Source of the DNA: Patescibacteria group bacterium | GTDB taxonomy: Bacteria > Patescibacteriota > Minisyncoccia > JAHISW01 > Tagabacteraceae | Reading direction: 5' to 3' | DNA: 64,000 nucleotides | Assembly (NCBI GenBank): GCA_018819015.1 | Contig: JAHJQY010000019.1 | Span: forward strand, 3,239 to 67,238 | In this document: in pieces, positions 41,629 through 51,017 of the stretch | Numbering within the stretch: the stretch's first letter is position 1 | Layout of the letters: every line of letters starts with the position of its first letter | Translations under genes and position numbers: made by a program | The notes under the pieces: generated by a model | Seen by the model: the letters and a program-made list of their open reading frames with translations, nothing else | Databases searched by the model: none | Told to the model about the DNA's origin: nothing

Positions 41629-42873
41629 ATGCGCTTGTCTAAACTTTTCACTAAAACCCTGCGCGAGGCGCCTAAGGATGAAATTACCGCCAACGCCCAG
41701 CTTTTGGCTAAGGGCGGATTTGTTTTTAAAGTGATGTCCGGGGTTTACGCTTTTTTGCCGCTGGGCTTGCGGGTTTTAAATAAAATAAGAAACATCATTC
41801 GCGAGGAGATGGACGCGCTCGGCGGCCAGGAAATTTTGATGCCGTCGCTCCATCCGGCGGAATACTGGAAGGCCACCGGCGGCTGGGATAACATTGACGT
41901 ACTTTTTAAAATAAAAAGCCGCACCGAAAAAGATTATGCTTTGGGCCAGAGCCATGAAGAAATTGTTACGCCCATCGTTAAAGAAATGGTCAAAAGCTAC
42001 AAAGATTTGCCTCTGGCGATTTATCAGGTTAATTGGAAATTCAGGGATGAACTTAGGCCGAAATCAGGAATTTTAAGAGGCCGCGAGTTTGAGATGAAGG
42101 ATATGTACAGTTTTCACGAGAGTCAGGAGGATTTTGAGAACTTTTACGAAAAAGTTAAAAAGGCCTACATAAATGCTTATAAAAAACTCGGGCTGGTGGC
42201 AAAAGTCGCGGAAGCTTCCGGCGGAAATTTCTCGGAAAAAATTTCTTATGAGTTTATGGTTTTGACCGACGCCGGCGAAGACGATATTTTGTATTGTTCC
42301 GCCTGCGATTTTTGCGTTAATTTGAATATTGCCAAGCAAAAAGAAAACGATGTTTGTCCGCGTTGCGGCAAGGTAAAACTTGAAAAAGGGAAGGCCTCGG
42401 AAGTCGGCAATGTTTTTGATTTGGGAAAAAAATATCCGAAAGATTTTGATTTTCAGTATGCCGCCCAAGACGGCGGCAAAGAATATCCTGTCATGGGCTG
42501 TTACGGTTGGGGCACCACCCGCACCATGGGAGTGGTGGTGGAAAAATTCCACGACGAAAAAGGAATTGTCTGGCCGGACATTATTGCGCCTTTTCAGGTC
42601 CACTTAATTCATCTGGGCGATTCAAAAGAGGTTAAAAAAGCCGCCGAAGATTTATATAAGGAATTGCAAAAAAATAAGATAGAAGTATTATTTGATGACA
42701 GGGAGGACAAGGGCGCCGGAGAAAAATTCATAGATGCCGACTTGATAGGCATTCCGTTGCGGGCGGTGGTCAGTGAGAAAACAGTAAAAGAGAAAAAAAT
42801 AGAGATCAAAAAAAGAAACGAGGAAAAAATAAAGTTAGTAGATAAAAAAGAATTGCTGAAAATTTTATGTTAA
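41629..42873 (+). CDS. proS: Prolyl-tRNA synthetase (short form lacking the editing insertion; contains an internal CxxC...CxxC)
   Basis: The N-terminus MRLSKLFTKTLREAPKDEITANAQLLAKGGFV...GVYAFLPLGLRVLNKI parallels bacterial ProRS. Class II motifs are present. Confidence 0.85.
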   Translation: MRLSKLFTKTLREAPKDEITANAQLLAKGGFVFKVMSGVYAFLPLGLRVLNKIRNIIREEMDALGGQEILMPSLHPAEYWKATGGWDNIDVLFKIKSRTEKDYALGQSHEEIVTPIVKEMVKSYKDLPLAIYQVNWKFRDELRPKSGILRGREFEMKDMYSFHESQEDFENFYEKVKKAYINAYKKLGLVAKVAEASGGNFSEKISYEFMVLTDAGEDDILYCSACDFCVNLNIAKQKENDVCPRCGKVKLEKGKASEVGNVFDLGKKYPKDFDFQYAAQDGGKEYPVMGCYGWGTTRTMGVVVEKFHDEKGIVWPDIIAPFQVHLIHLGDSKEVKKAAEDLYKELQKNKIEVLFDDREDKGAGEKFIDADLIGIPLRAVVSEKTVKEKKIEIKKRNEEKIKLVDKKELLKILC

Positions 42874-43922
42874 ATAAATTTTTTGGATTATTTTCACATG
42901 ATATCGGAATGGATTTGGGTACGGCCAATACCTTGCTTTACGTGCGCGGCCGAGGCATTGTGATTAATCAGCCGTCGGTTGTCGCCATAAACCAGAAAAC
43001 AGGACAGGTGGTCGCGGTCGGCAGCGAGGCAAAAAGAATGGTTGGCAGGACTCCGAGCCATATTGTCGCGGTTCGGCCGCTGATAGACGGAGTTATTTCT
43101 GATTTTGAGGTAACCGAAGAAATGATCGCTTACTTTATTAGAAATGTTCACAAGGAAGCGTTAAGGCCTTTTGCCAGGTCTAGGGTCGTTGTCGGCGTGC
43201 CTTCCGGCATTACCGATGTGGAAAGAAGGGCGGTGCGGGACGCGATAAAAAACGCCGGCGCCAGAGAAGTTTATATTGTTGAGGAGCCGCTGGCGGCCGC
43301 CATTGGCGTCAAATTGCCCATCCAAGAGCCGGTAGGAAGCATGCTGATAGATATTGGCGGCGGCACTTCGGATATTATGGTTGCTTCTTTGGGAGGCATA
43401 GTGACGGCGAAGAATTTAAGAATTGCCGGCGACCGGCTGAATCAGGACATAATTAATTACGCGCGCGATGAGTTCAAGCTTTTGCTGGGAGAGAGAACGG
43501 CTGAAGATATAAAAATCGCCATTGGTTCCGCCGTGTCTTCGGGCGAGAATATAGAAGCCACCGTGCGCGGCAGGGATTTGATGACCGGATTGCCGCGCGA
43601 AGCGATTATCACGGACGGAGATGTCCGGGAGGCTATTTCCAAGTCTTTAAAAATGCTTACTCGTTCGGTTAAGGAGGTTATTGAAGAAACTCCGCCGGAA
43701 TTAATTTCCGACATAATGCATCGGGGAGTTATTTTGGTTGGTGGAGGAGCTTTTCTGCGCGGTTTGCCGGAATTTCTTGAATCTGAAATTAAGATTCCGG
43801 TGCATTTGGCCGACGACCCTTTTACGGCAGTGGTGCGGGGCACGGGTATAATTCTTGAGGACCTAGACGTTTTCCGAGACGTTTTAATTGAGCCAGAAGA
43901 AAATGTTTCGCCGAGATTCTAA
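42867..43922 (+). CDS. mreB: Rod-shape protein MreB, copy 2
   Basis: MDLGTANTLLYV...DIGGGTSD. It is followed by mreC, mreD and mrdA. Confidence 0.9.
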   Translation: MLNKFFGLFSHDIGMDLGTANTLLYVRGRGIVINQPSVVAINQKTGQVVAVGSEAKRMVGRTPSHIVAVRPLIDGVISDFEVTEEMIAYFIRNVHKEALRPFARSRVVVGVPSGITDVERRAVRDAIKNAGAREVYIVEEPLAAAIGVKLPIQEPVGSMLIDIGGGTSDIMVASLGGIVTAKNLRIAGDRLNQDIINYARDEFKLLLGERTAEDIKIAIGSAVSSGENIEATVRGRDLMTGLPREAIITDGDVREAISKSLKMLTRSVKEVIEETPPELISDIMHRGVILVGGGAFLRGLPEFLESEIKIPVHLADDPFTAVVRGTGIILEDLDVFRDVLIEPEENVSPRF

Positions 43923-44688
43923 AAATACCAAATATTTTGCTGTTTTGGCCGGCATTGTTTTTCTTTTGGTTTTAATAATTTTTGTTTTTAAAAGTTTTCC
44001 TCCTGTTTTTGCGACCCGGGCCGTTTTTTACGCTGGCCAGCCTTTTGTTTTTTTTAAAAATAAATGTTCTGTATTTTGGGAGAACAATTTGTCCGTTTTT
44101 CGCAATAAAAAAGAATTACAGCAGGAGAACGATTCTTTAAAGCAGAAGGTTGCGGAAATGGAATCGGAAAAATTGTTTTCAGAAGTTATTCTTAAAGAAA
44201 ATGACGAAATTAAAGGAGTGTTTTCCCGTAGCTCCGACCGAGAATTTATTTTGGCTTATGTTTTGTCCCGTCCGGGATACGGAATTTATAACTCGCTTGT
44301 TATTGACGCGGGGTTTAAACAGGGGGTGGAAGAAGGCATGCGGGTTACCGCTTTTGGGACTGTTTTACTGGGGTATGTTTCTGAAGTTGCTCCGAACGCC
44401 AGCAAGGTCAAGCTGGTTTCTTATCCGGAAGAGGAAACTAATGTTTTTGTTGGTAATAATATTTCTGCGATCGCGTACGGCGTGGGCGGAGAAAATCTTA
44501 GCGTTGTTTTGCCTCAGGATATTAATGTTTCGGCGGGGGACAAAATTACCAGTCTTGGCAATAGCCCGTTGTTTTTGGGTGTCGTCGAAAAGATAATTAA
44601 AGAGCCGGCCGACCCCTTTCAAAATATTATTTTTCGCCTCCCTCTAAATATTCAGGAAATTACCCGGGTTTACTTAATTAAAAAATAA
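43903..44688 (+). CDS. mreC: Rod-shape protein MreC
   Basis: N-terminal TM, a coiled coil (LQQENDSLKQKVAEMESE), and a beta-rich C-terminal domain. It sits between mreB and mreD. Confidence 0.7.
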   Translation: MFRRDSKNTKYFAVLAGIVFLLVLIIFVFKSFPPVFATRAVFYAGQPFVFFKNKCSVFWENNLSVFRNKKELQQENDSLKQKVAEMESEKLFSEVILKENDEIKGVFSRSSDREFILAYVLSRPGYGIYNSLVIDAGFKQGVEEGMRVTAFGTVLLGYVSEVAPNASKVKLVSYPEEETNVFVGNNISAIAYGVGGENLSVVLPQDINVSAGDKITSLGNSPLFLGVVEKIIKEPADPFQNIIFRLPLNIQEITRVYLIKK

Positions 44689-44691
44689 GCC

Positions 44692-45030
44692 ATGTGGTTA
44701 AGAATTTTTTCTTTACTGTGTTTATCTTTTGTTGCCGCGTTTTTCCCTTTGCCCGCCGCGGTGTTTCTTTTTGTTGTTTTTTCTTCAATTTTTTCAAAAT
44801 ACTGGGAAGGCGTCTTAATCGGATTTTTTTTGGATTCTTTCTATTTTTCTCCGTTGCTTTTTTCTAAATTTAATTTAGGTTTTTTTACTATAAGTTTTAT
44901 AGCGGCGATTTTTATTTTGGAGAAAGTTAAAAGGTTTATTGACAGCAGAAACTTGATTCTCAGAATAGCGCTGGGGGTCATTGCCGGCCTTTTGTCTTAT
45001 TTGGTTATTTTTCTTCTTTTTAATTATTAG
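44692..45030 (+). CDS. mreD: Rod-shape protein MreD-like small membrane protein
   Basis: 112 aa with 4 TM helices, positioned between mreC and PBP2. Confidence 0.55.
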   Translation: MWLRIFSLLCLSFVAAFFPLPAAVFLFVVFSSIFSKYWEGVLIGFFLDSFYFSPLLFSKFNLGFFTISFIAAIFILEKVKRFIDSRNLILRIALGVIAGLLSYLVIFLLFNY

Positions 45031-45044
45031 TATCGTAAAAACCG

Positions 45045-46919
45045 ATGTTTCAAAAAAGAAAAAGTAAATTTAAGGTTGAATCTATAAGTCCAGACGAGAT
45101 TTTTTTGGATTCAAGGAATATCCCGAATTTTGATTTTTATCAATTTGAGGGGAAGATGGAAAAACCCATAGGCGGCAGAACTTTTTTGTTTCTTGGGGCG
45201 GTATTTTTATTCATAGGATTTTTTTTGTTATGCCGGACAGGTTTTTTGCAGGTTGTAAAGGGCCGGGGTTTTGCGGAACGTTCCGAAAATAACCGTTTGC
45301 GGTCCGTTTCTTTGGCGCCGGAAAGAGGGTTTGTTTATGACAGGAACGGTGAAGCCTTGGCTTGGAACACCCCCGCTTTTTACCTGGTAATGGATAAAAA
45401 GGTTTTTATTGATAACGACTTAAGCGCAAAATTGGAAGAATTTTTAAAATTTCTTGGCAAAGATAATATTCAGGGGATAATTAAAAATGGAGCGGCCAAG
45501 GGGGAAGATTTAATCATCGGCACATATTATGACTGGTCAAAGGTAAACGATGTTTATCAGCAGTGGTCATTTCTGCCCCTAAGAATTGAATCTGTTTCTC
45601 TGCGGGCATACAAAGAAACCAATGGGTTGGCGCATGTTTTGGGGTATATGGGTTATTCTTCGTCGGCAAACAATGATGATGTTGTCGGGAAAGCCGGAGT
45701 GGAGAAAAGTTATGAAAATATTTTACGCGGAGAGAAGGGGGTAAAAATAACAGAAGTTGATTCTTTAAATAATATTAAATCGGAGAGCCTGCAAAAATAC
45801 CCCGCCGCCGGAGAAAATATTAAATTAAGCGTAGATTACAGGGTTCAGAAGAAACTTTATGAAATTTTTTCAGACCTTTCCAAAGAAAGAGGATTTCAGG
45901 GGGCGGCGGGAGTTATTTTAGACATAGAAACCGGAGAAATTTTAGCAATAGTCAGCTATCCGGAATACGATTCTTTGATTCTTAGCCGCGGCGGTCCGGA
46001 AAAAACAATTCAGGAATTTATAAATAACCCACAGAAGCCGTTTCTTAATCGCGCCATTTCCGGCTTATACGCGCCCGGGTCCGTTGTTAAGCCTTTTTTG
46101 GCCTCGGCCGCTTTAAATGAGGGCATTATAACTCCCGATAAAAAAATTTTCAGCGCAGGCAGTATTTCCATCCCTAATCCTTATTTGCCCGGCAAAGAGA
46201 GCGTTTTTCGCGATTGGAAAGCGCATGGGTGGGTGGATATGAGAGAAGCGCTGGCCGTTTCCTCGGACGTTTATTTTTATTCCATTGGAGGCGGCTATGG
46301 CGATGTCGCGGGCCTCGGCATTAAAAAAATTGAAGAATATATGAAAATTTTCGGTTTTGGCGTTAAGACCGGCATAAATTTGGAAGGAGAAAAAGAGGGT
46401 TTAATCCCCAGTCCCGAACTTAAAAAAAAATCATTTTCGGATTCGGATGCTGTTTGGAGAATTGGAGATACATATAATGCCAGTATCGGCCAGGGAGATT
46501 TTCAAGTCACTTCTTTGCAGATGGCCGTCGCAACGGCAGTTTTGGCAAACGGCGGATATATTATTAAGCCGCAGATTTTATTGGGAGAAGGAGATAAAAA
46601 AACGGGAACTTTTGTTGATGTGCCTCAGAAATATTTTGATGTTGTGAAAGAAGGAATGAGGATGTGCGCAATGACAGGAACCGCGCAAGCGCTGGGCGGT
46701 TTATCGGTGGAGGCGGTCGCAAAAACCGGGACCGCCGAATTGGGTTCGGGCGAGTTTGTGAATTCTTGGGTGATATCTTTCTGGCCATACGAGAAACCCC
46801 GCTATGCCGCCAGCGTTGTATTAGAAAGGGGCAAGGCATCCAATTTAGTTGGCGGGGTTTATGCTCTGTTTCAACTGTTAAGTTGGATGCAGGCCAGCAC
46901 TCCCGAATATATTTTTTGA
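45045..46919 (+). CDS. mrdA: Penicillin-binding protein 2 (elongasome transpeptidase)
   Basis: SVVKPF (SxxK), SSD (SxD here), and KTGTAE. It follows mreBCD. Confidence 0.85.
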   Translation: MFQKRKSKFKVESISPDEIFLDSRNIPNFDFYQFEGKMEKPIGGRTFLFLGAVFLFIGFFLLCRTGFLQVVKGRGFAERSENNRLRSVSLAPERGFVYDRNGEALAWNTPAFYLVMDKKVFIDNDLSAKLEEFLKFLGKDNIQGIIKNGAAKGEDLIIGTYYDWSKVNDVYQQWSFLPLRIESVSLRAYKETNGLAHVLGYMGYSSSANNDDVVGKAGVEKSYENILRGEKGVKITEVDSLNNIKSESLQKYPAAGENIKLSVDYRVQKKLYEIFSDLSKERGFQGAAGVILDIETGEILAIVSYPEYDSLILSRGGPEKTIQEFINNPQKPFLNRAISGLYAPGSVVKPFLASAALNEGIITPDKKIFSAGSISIPNPYLPGKESVFRDWKAHGWVDMREALAVSSDVYFYSIGGGYGDVAGLGIKKIEEYMKIFGFGVKTGINLEGEKEGLIPSPELKKKSFSDSDAVWRIGDTYNASIGQGDFQVTSLQMAVATAVLANGGYIIKPQILLGEGDKKTGTFVDVPQKYFDVVKEGMRMCAMTGTAQALGGLSVEAVAKTGTAELGSGEFVNSWVISFWPYEKPRYAASVVLERGKASNLVGGVYALFQLLSWMQASTPEYIF

Positions 46920-46984
46920 TTGATTTGCAAATTTTTTTTATAATCAATATAATAAAAGATTATTTTTATTTATTATTTTAAAAT

Positions 46985-47467
46985 ATGTCTTTAACATCTT
47001 CAGAATATTTAAGCAAAGAAGCTTTTGTTAAAATACAGAAAGAGCTGGAGCATCTGACTAAAGTGAAAAGGCGGGAAATATCGGAGAGGATAGAAGAAAG
47101 TATCAGTTTGGGGGATATTTCCGAGAGCGCGGAATATCAGGAAGCAAAAGAAGAACAGTTGATGAATGAAGGCCGCATCGCCGAAATAGAAGATTTGTTG
47201 AGCAGGGCTCTTGTTGTTTCCGGCCAAAGAACAAACAAGGTCTATCTGCGGGTTGACCTGGGCTGCTTCGTTGTTTTAAAGAAGAAAAAAACCGAGGAAA
47301 TTTTAAAATATAAAATCGTGAGCTTTGGAGAATCCGATCCTTCTGAAAACAAAATTTCCAGTGAGTCGCCTCTGGGCAGTTCTTTGATGGGCAGAAAAGC
47401 GGGCGAGAATGTTGAGGTTTTTGCGCCAAATGGTAAAATAAGTTATATTGTTGTGGAGATAATATAA
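46985..47467 (+). CDS. greA: Transcription elongation factor GreA
   Basis: Coiled-coil N-terminus with ..GD.SE.AEY..AKE.Q. and an FKBP-like C-terminus (G..V.V.APNG...Y.I). Confidence 0.85.
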   Translation: MSLTSSEYLSKEAFVKIQKELEHLTKVKRREISERIEESISLGDISESAEYQEAKEEQLMNEGRIAEIEDLLSRALVVSGQRTNKVYLRVDLGCFVVLKKKKTEEILKYKIVSFGESDPSENKISSESPLGSSLMGRKAGENVEVFAPNGKISYIVVEII

Positions 47468-47471
47468 AATT

Positions 47472-48959
47472 ATGTCCTTGGAAGAAATAAAAGAGATACG
47501 CAGCAAAAAGCTGGACAAAGTTAAAAAAGTTTTCGGCCAGGCTTATCCCGTGAAAATTTTCAGAGATTTTCGCGCGGAAGAGGCGGTAAATAATTTTTTA
47601 AAACTTTCCCGCAGCCGAAAGCCTTTATTGATGGCCGGGCGTATTTTTAATATCCGTTCTCACGGCGGAGTTATTTTTTGCGATTTCACTGATGGTTTCG
47701 GCGGAAGAAAAGAAGAGGGGGCTGTTTATCTTCAGGCTTATTTGAAAAAAGATATCGTTGGCCAGGAGCAATTTAATCTTTTTAATGAATTGGCGGATGT
47801 GGGCGATTTTGTGGAATTTAAGGGCAGTCTTTTTAAGACTAAAAAGAGAGAAAAATCCATCAAAGTTTCTTCTTGGAAAATTATTTCCAAGAGCCTGCGG
47901 CCTCTTCCAGAAAAATGGCACGGGCTTTCGGACGTGGAAGAGAGGTACAGAAAACGCTATTTAGATTTGATGATGAACAAAACCGTAAGCGATGGTTTTG
48001 TGCTGCGTTCTAAGATAATCGCGGAAATAAGAAATTTTTTGAACAAGTGCGACTTTGTGGAAGTTGAAACTCCCATTCTTCAGCCGATAGCCGGCGGCGC
48101 TTCAGCCGAACCGTTTAAAACTCATCACAATGCCTTGGATATGAATTTGTTTTTGAGAATCGCGCCGGAACTTTATTTGAAGAAATTGCTTATCGGCGGT
48201 TTTGAAAAAGTTTATGAAATTGGGAGAAATTTCAGGAATGAAGGAATTGATGTTACGCACAATCCGGAGTTTACAATGCTGGAATTTTATCAGGCATATA
48301 AAGACGCTGAATTCGGGCGGGGTTTTGCGGAAGAGTTAATTAAAAATCTTGTAAAAAAAATATTTAATAAGCAATTATTGGAATATGAAGGCCACAAGGT
48401 TTCTTTTTCAAAAAAATTTTCTGTCGTTTCGTTTTATGATGTGCTGAAACGACACGCCTTGATAAATCATCCGGAGGACGCGCCGCTGGAAGATTTTGTT
48501 TTAAAAGCGCGTCAGTTTGGCATAGATGTTTTAAAATCAGATTCAAAAGAAAAAATAGCGGATAATATTTTTAAAAAGGTTTGTCGTACAAAATTAATTC
48601 AGCCGACTTTTGTGATTGATTACCCAATTGAACTTTTTCCTTTGGCAAAAAAGAAAGAAGATAACTCCGAGTTGGCAGATTTTTTTCAGTTGTTTGTCGG
48701 GGGATTAGAATTGGCCAAGGGTTATTCCGAATTAAACAACCCGCTTGAACAAAGAGAGCGTTTTAAAAAACAGCAGGAGCTTCGCAGGGACGGAGACAGG
48801 GAGGCGAATGAGTTTGACGAGGATTTTATTGAGGCCATGGAGTACGGCATGCCGCCGGCATGCGGGGTTGGGATAGGAATAGACCGATTGGCGATGTTTT
48901 TCCTGAATGTTCATAATATAAGAGACGCGATTTTGTTTCCAACCCTGAGGCCTAAATAG
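47472..48959 (+). CDS. lysS: Lysyl-tRNA synthetase (class II)
   Basis: N-terminal OB fold and class II motifs (FRNEGID.THNPEFT.LE.Y; GIGIDRL.M). Confidence 0.9.
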   Translation: MSLEEIKEIRSKKLDKVKKVFGQAYPVKIFRDFRAEEAVNNFLKLSRSRKPLLMAGRIFNIRSHGGVIFCDFTDGFGGRKEEGAVYLQAYLKKDIVGQEQFNLFNELADVGDFVEFKGSLFKTKKREKSIKVSSWKIISKSLRPLPEKWHGLSDVEERYRKRYLDLMMNKTVSDGFVLRSKIIAEIRNFLNKCDFVEVETPILQPIAGGASAEPFKTHHNALDMNLFLRIAPELYLKKLLIGGFEKVYEIGRNFRNEGIDVTHNPEFTMLEFYQAYKDAEFGRGFAEELIKNLVKKIFNKQLLEYEGHKVSFSKKFSVVSFYDVLKRHALINHPEDAPLEDFVLKARQFGIDVLKSDSKEKIADNIFKKVCRTKLIQPTFVIDYPIELFPLAKKKEDNSELADFFQLFVGGLELAKGYSELNNPLEQRERFKKQQELRRDGDREANEFDEDFIEAMEYGMPPACGVGIGIDRLAMFFLNVHNIRDAILFPTLRPK

Positions 48960-48995
48960 GGCCGAAATAAGGGAAATTTAGGTATTTGATTACCC

Positions 48996-49101
48996 CTGTG
49001 GTTATCCACAGGTTTTTATTTGTTGAATTTTGGGGAATGGTGGTGTAGAATGTAAGCGTAGTGGGGAATTGTGGATAAAACTGTGGATAGTGTGGATAAG
49101 T
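48996..49101. promoter_or_regulatory. Cluster of DnaA boxes: TTATCCACA at 49003-49011 (perfect, inside the palindrome CCTGTGGTTATCCACAGG), TGTGGATAA at 49071-49079 and 49092-49100 (both perfect, reverse orientation), and TGTGGATAG at 49083-49091 (one mismatch)
   Basis: Three perfect 9-mers matching the DnaA-box consensus TTATCCACA plus near matches within 106 bp, followed by an AT-rich stretch and mraZ. Confidence 0.55.
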
Positions 49102-49177
49102 TCCGAAAATTAAAGAATAATGGCATAGAGGGCGGGGTGATGATTTTTATAGTCATTTCATTCCTTAAAAATCTATC

Positions 49178-49612
49178 ATGTTAATTGGTGAATTTACCCA
49201 TAATTTAGATGAAAAAAAGAGAGTAGCTATTCCGGCCAAGTTCAGAAAAGAAATAGGAAAAAAAGCGGTTGTTACCCGCGGTCTTGATAATTGTCTTTTT
49301 GTTTATCCTTTAAGCGAGTGGGAGAAAGTCGCCGAAAAATTAAGCACCTTGCCGATGGGGCAGTCTGACAACAGAAATTTCTCCCGGTTATTTTTGGCCG
49401 GCGCGGTTGATGCTTCCCTTGATTCAATGGGGCGGATTTTAATTCCTGATTATTTAAAAAAATTCGCCGGACTGAAAGATAAAGTTGTTATAACTGGCGT
49501 TTATAAAAAACTTGAGATTTGGGACGCCGGCGCCTGGGAAAAATACAAGAGCCGCATTGAAAAACAGACCGATATTTTGGCGGAGAAATTGGGCGAAGTT
49601 GGTGTTTATTAA
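49178..49612 (+). CDS. mraZ: Transcriptional regulator MraZ
   Basis: MLIGEF...DEKKRV.IPAKFR and a duplicated SpoVT/AbrB-like domain. It is the first gene of the dcw cluster. Confidence 0.9.
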   Translation: MLIGEFTHNLDEKKRVAIPAKFRKEIGKKAVVTRGLDNCLFVYPLSEWEKVAEKLSTLPMGQSDNRNFSRLFLAGAVDASLDSMGRILIPDYLKKFAGLKDKVVITGVYKKLEIWDAGAWEKYKSRIEKQTDILAEKLGEVGVY

Positions 49613-49699
49613 GTGAATTGCCCCGCGCGTAGCGCGGTTGGCAAACCTTAATCCCGCCCTCTGCGCGGCATAAATAGTTAGTGTGTAAGACAAATAATT

Positions 49700-50680
49700 A
49701 TGATGACCTTAAGGCAACCAAGCAATGATAAGGAACAGCCTAGAGGGCGGGATGCTCGATTTAATGATTGCTCGTCGGACTCGCAAATTAAATTGGCACA
49801 TACCCCGGTACTTTTAAAAGAAGTTTTAGAATATTTGGACCCAAAGAAAGGAGATATTGTTTTGGATGCGACTTACGGCGGGGGAGGACACGCGTCGGCT
49901 GTCTGCGAAAAAATTGGTTCGGTCGGAATATTGGTTGGCATGGACCAAGACTCGGAATTACTGAAAGCCGCCGACAGGCAAGATACAAAATGCAAAACAA
50001 TTTTAATAAACGAGAATTTTAGAAATTTGGGCGCGGTGTTAAAAAATTTGAAAATTGAAAAAATTGACAAAGCATTGTTTGACCTCGGAATGAATTCTGG
50101 ACAAATTGAAGAATCGGGCAGGGGATTCAGTTTCCAAAAAGACGAACCGCTTTTTATGAGCTATAAACTTAATTTGGGTTCATCGGATCTGACCGCCAAA
50201 GAAATTTTGAATACATGGGGCCGGAATGAAATTTACGAAATTCTTAGAGAGTACGGAGAAGAAAGATTTGCCAGAAGCATTAGCGAAAACATTATTAAGC
50301 GAAGAAAAATGAAAAAACTTGAAACTACATTTGATTTGGTTTCTATAATTGAAGAGAGTGTGCCGGGGTTTTACAAAAGAGGGCGTATTCATCCGGCGAC
50401 AAAAACTTTTCAGGCTTTGAGAATAGCCGTGAATGATGAACTTAATGCTTTGTCCGAGGGGTTGTCCGGGGCCTGGAATTTTTTAAAAAGCGACGGCAGA
50501 TTGGTGGTTATATCATTTCATTCGCTGGAAGACAGAATTGTTAAAAATTTTATAAGAGACAAAAAGCTGGACGGCAAGGGGGTTGTTTTAACAAAAAAGC
50601 CGGTTGTGGCGGGAGACGAAGAAACAAACTTGAATCCCCGCAGCCGCAGCGCAAAATTGAGAGCGATAATTAAATTTTAA
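49700..50680 (+). CDS. rsmH: 16S rRNA (cytosine1402-N4)-methyltransferase RsmH
   Basis: HTPVLLKEVLEYL, DATYGGGGH, and ...FHSLEDRIVK. Confidence 0.9.
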   Translation: MMTLRQPSNDKEQPRGRDARFNDCSSDSQIKLAHTPVLLKEVLEYLDPKKGDIVLDATYGGGGHASAVCEKIGSVGILVGMDQDSELLKAADRQDTKCKTILINENFRNLGAVLKNLKIEKIDKALFDLGMNSGQIEESGRGFSFQKDEPLFMSYKLNLGSSDLTAKEILNTWGRNEIYEILREYGEERFARSISENIIKRRKMKKLETTFDLVSIIEESVPGFYKRGRIHPATKTFQALRIAVNDELNALSEGLSGAWNFLKSDGRLVVISFHSLEDRIVKNFIRDKKLDGKGVVLTKKPVVAGDEETNLNPRSRSAKLRAIIKF

Positions 50681-50684
50681 GTTA

Positions 50685-51017
50685 ATGTTTATTTTTATAA
50701 ATAAAGAATTATGGATAAAGTACGGCAAATATCTGTTTTTTGCTGTTTTTTTCGTTATGTTTGCGCTGAGCTTGTGCTACGTTTATTTAATAAATCTAGC
50801 TGTTTTAAAAACGGCGACAATAACCAAAAATTTATCGTATATGAATCAGCTGGAAAGCCGGGTTCAGGAATTGGAGGTGGCCTACATAGATAAATTGGGA
50901 AAGTTAAATATCCCGTATGCCAAAGAACTCGGTTTTGTAGAAGCGGAACCCGTTAGTTTTATTTACGTTCAAAGGGCTGTTGCTCAGATTGACGACTATG
51001 GCCAGCGTCTCAGATAA
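50685..51017 (+). CDS. ftsL: Cell division protein FtsL-like
   Basis: 110 aa with a single TM plus a coiled coil, between rsmH and ftsI. Confidence 0.6.
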   Translation: MFIFINKELWIKYGKYLFFAVFFVMFALSLCYVYLINLAVLKTATITKNLSYMNQLESRVQELEVAYIDKLGKLNIPYAKELGFVEAEPVSFIYVQRAVAQIDDYGQRLR

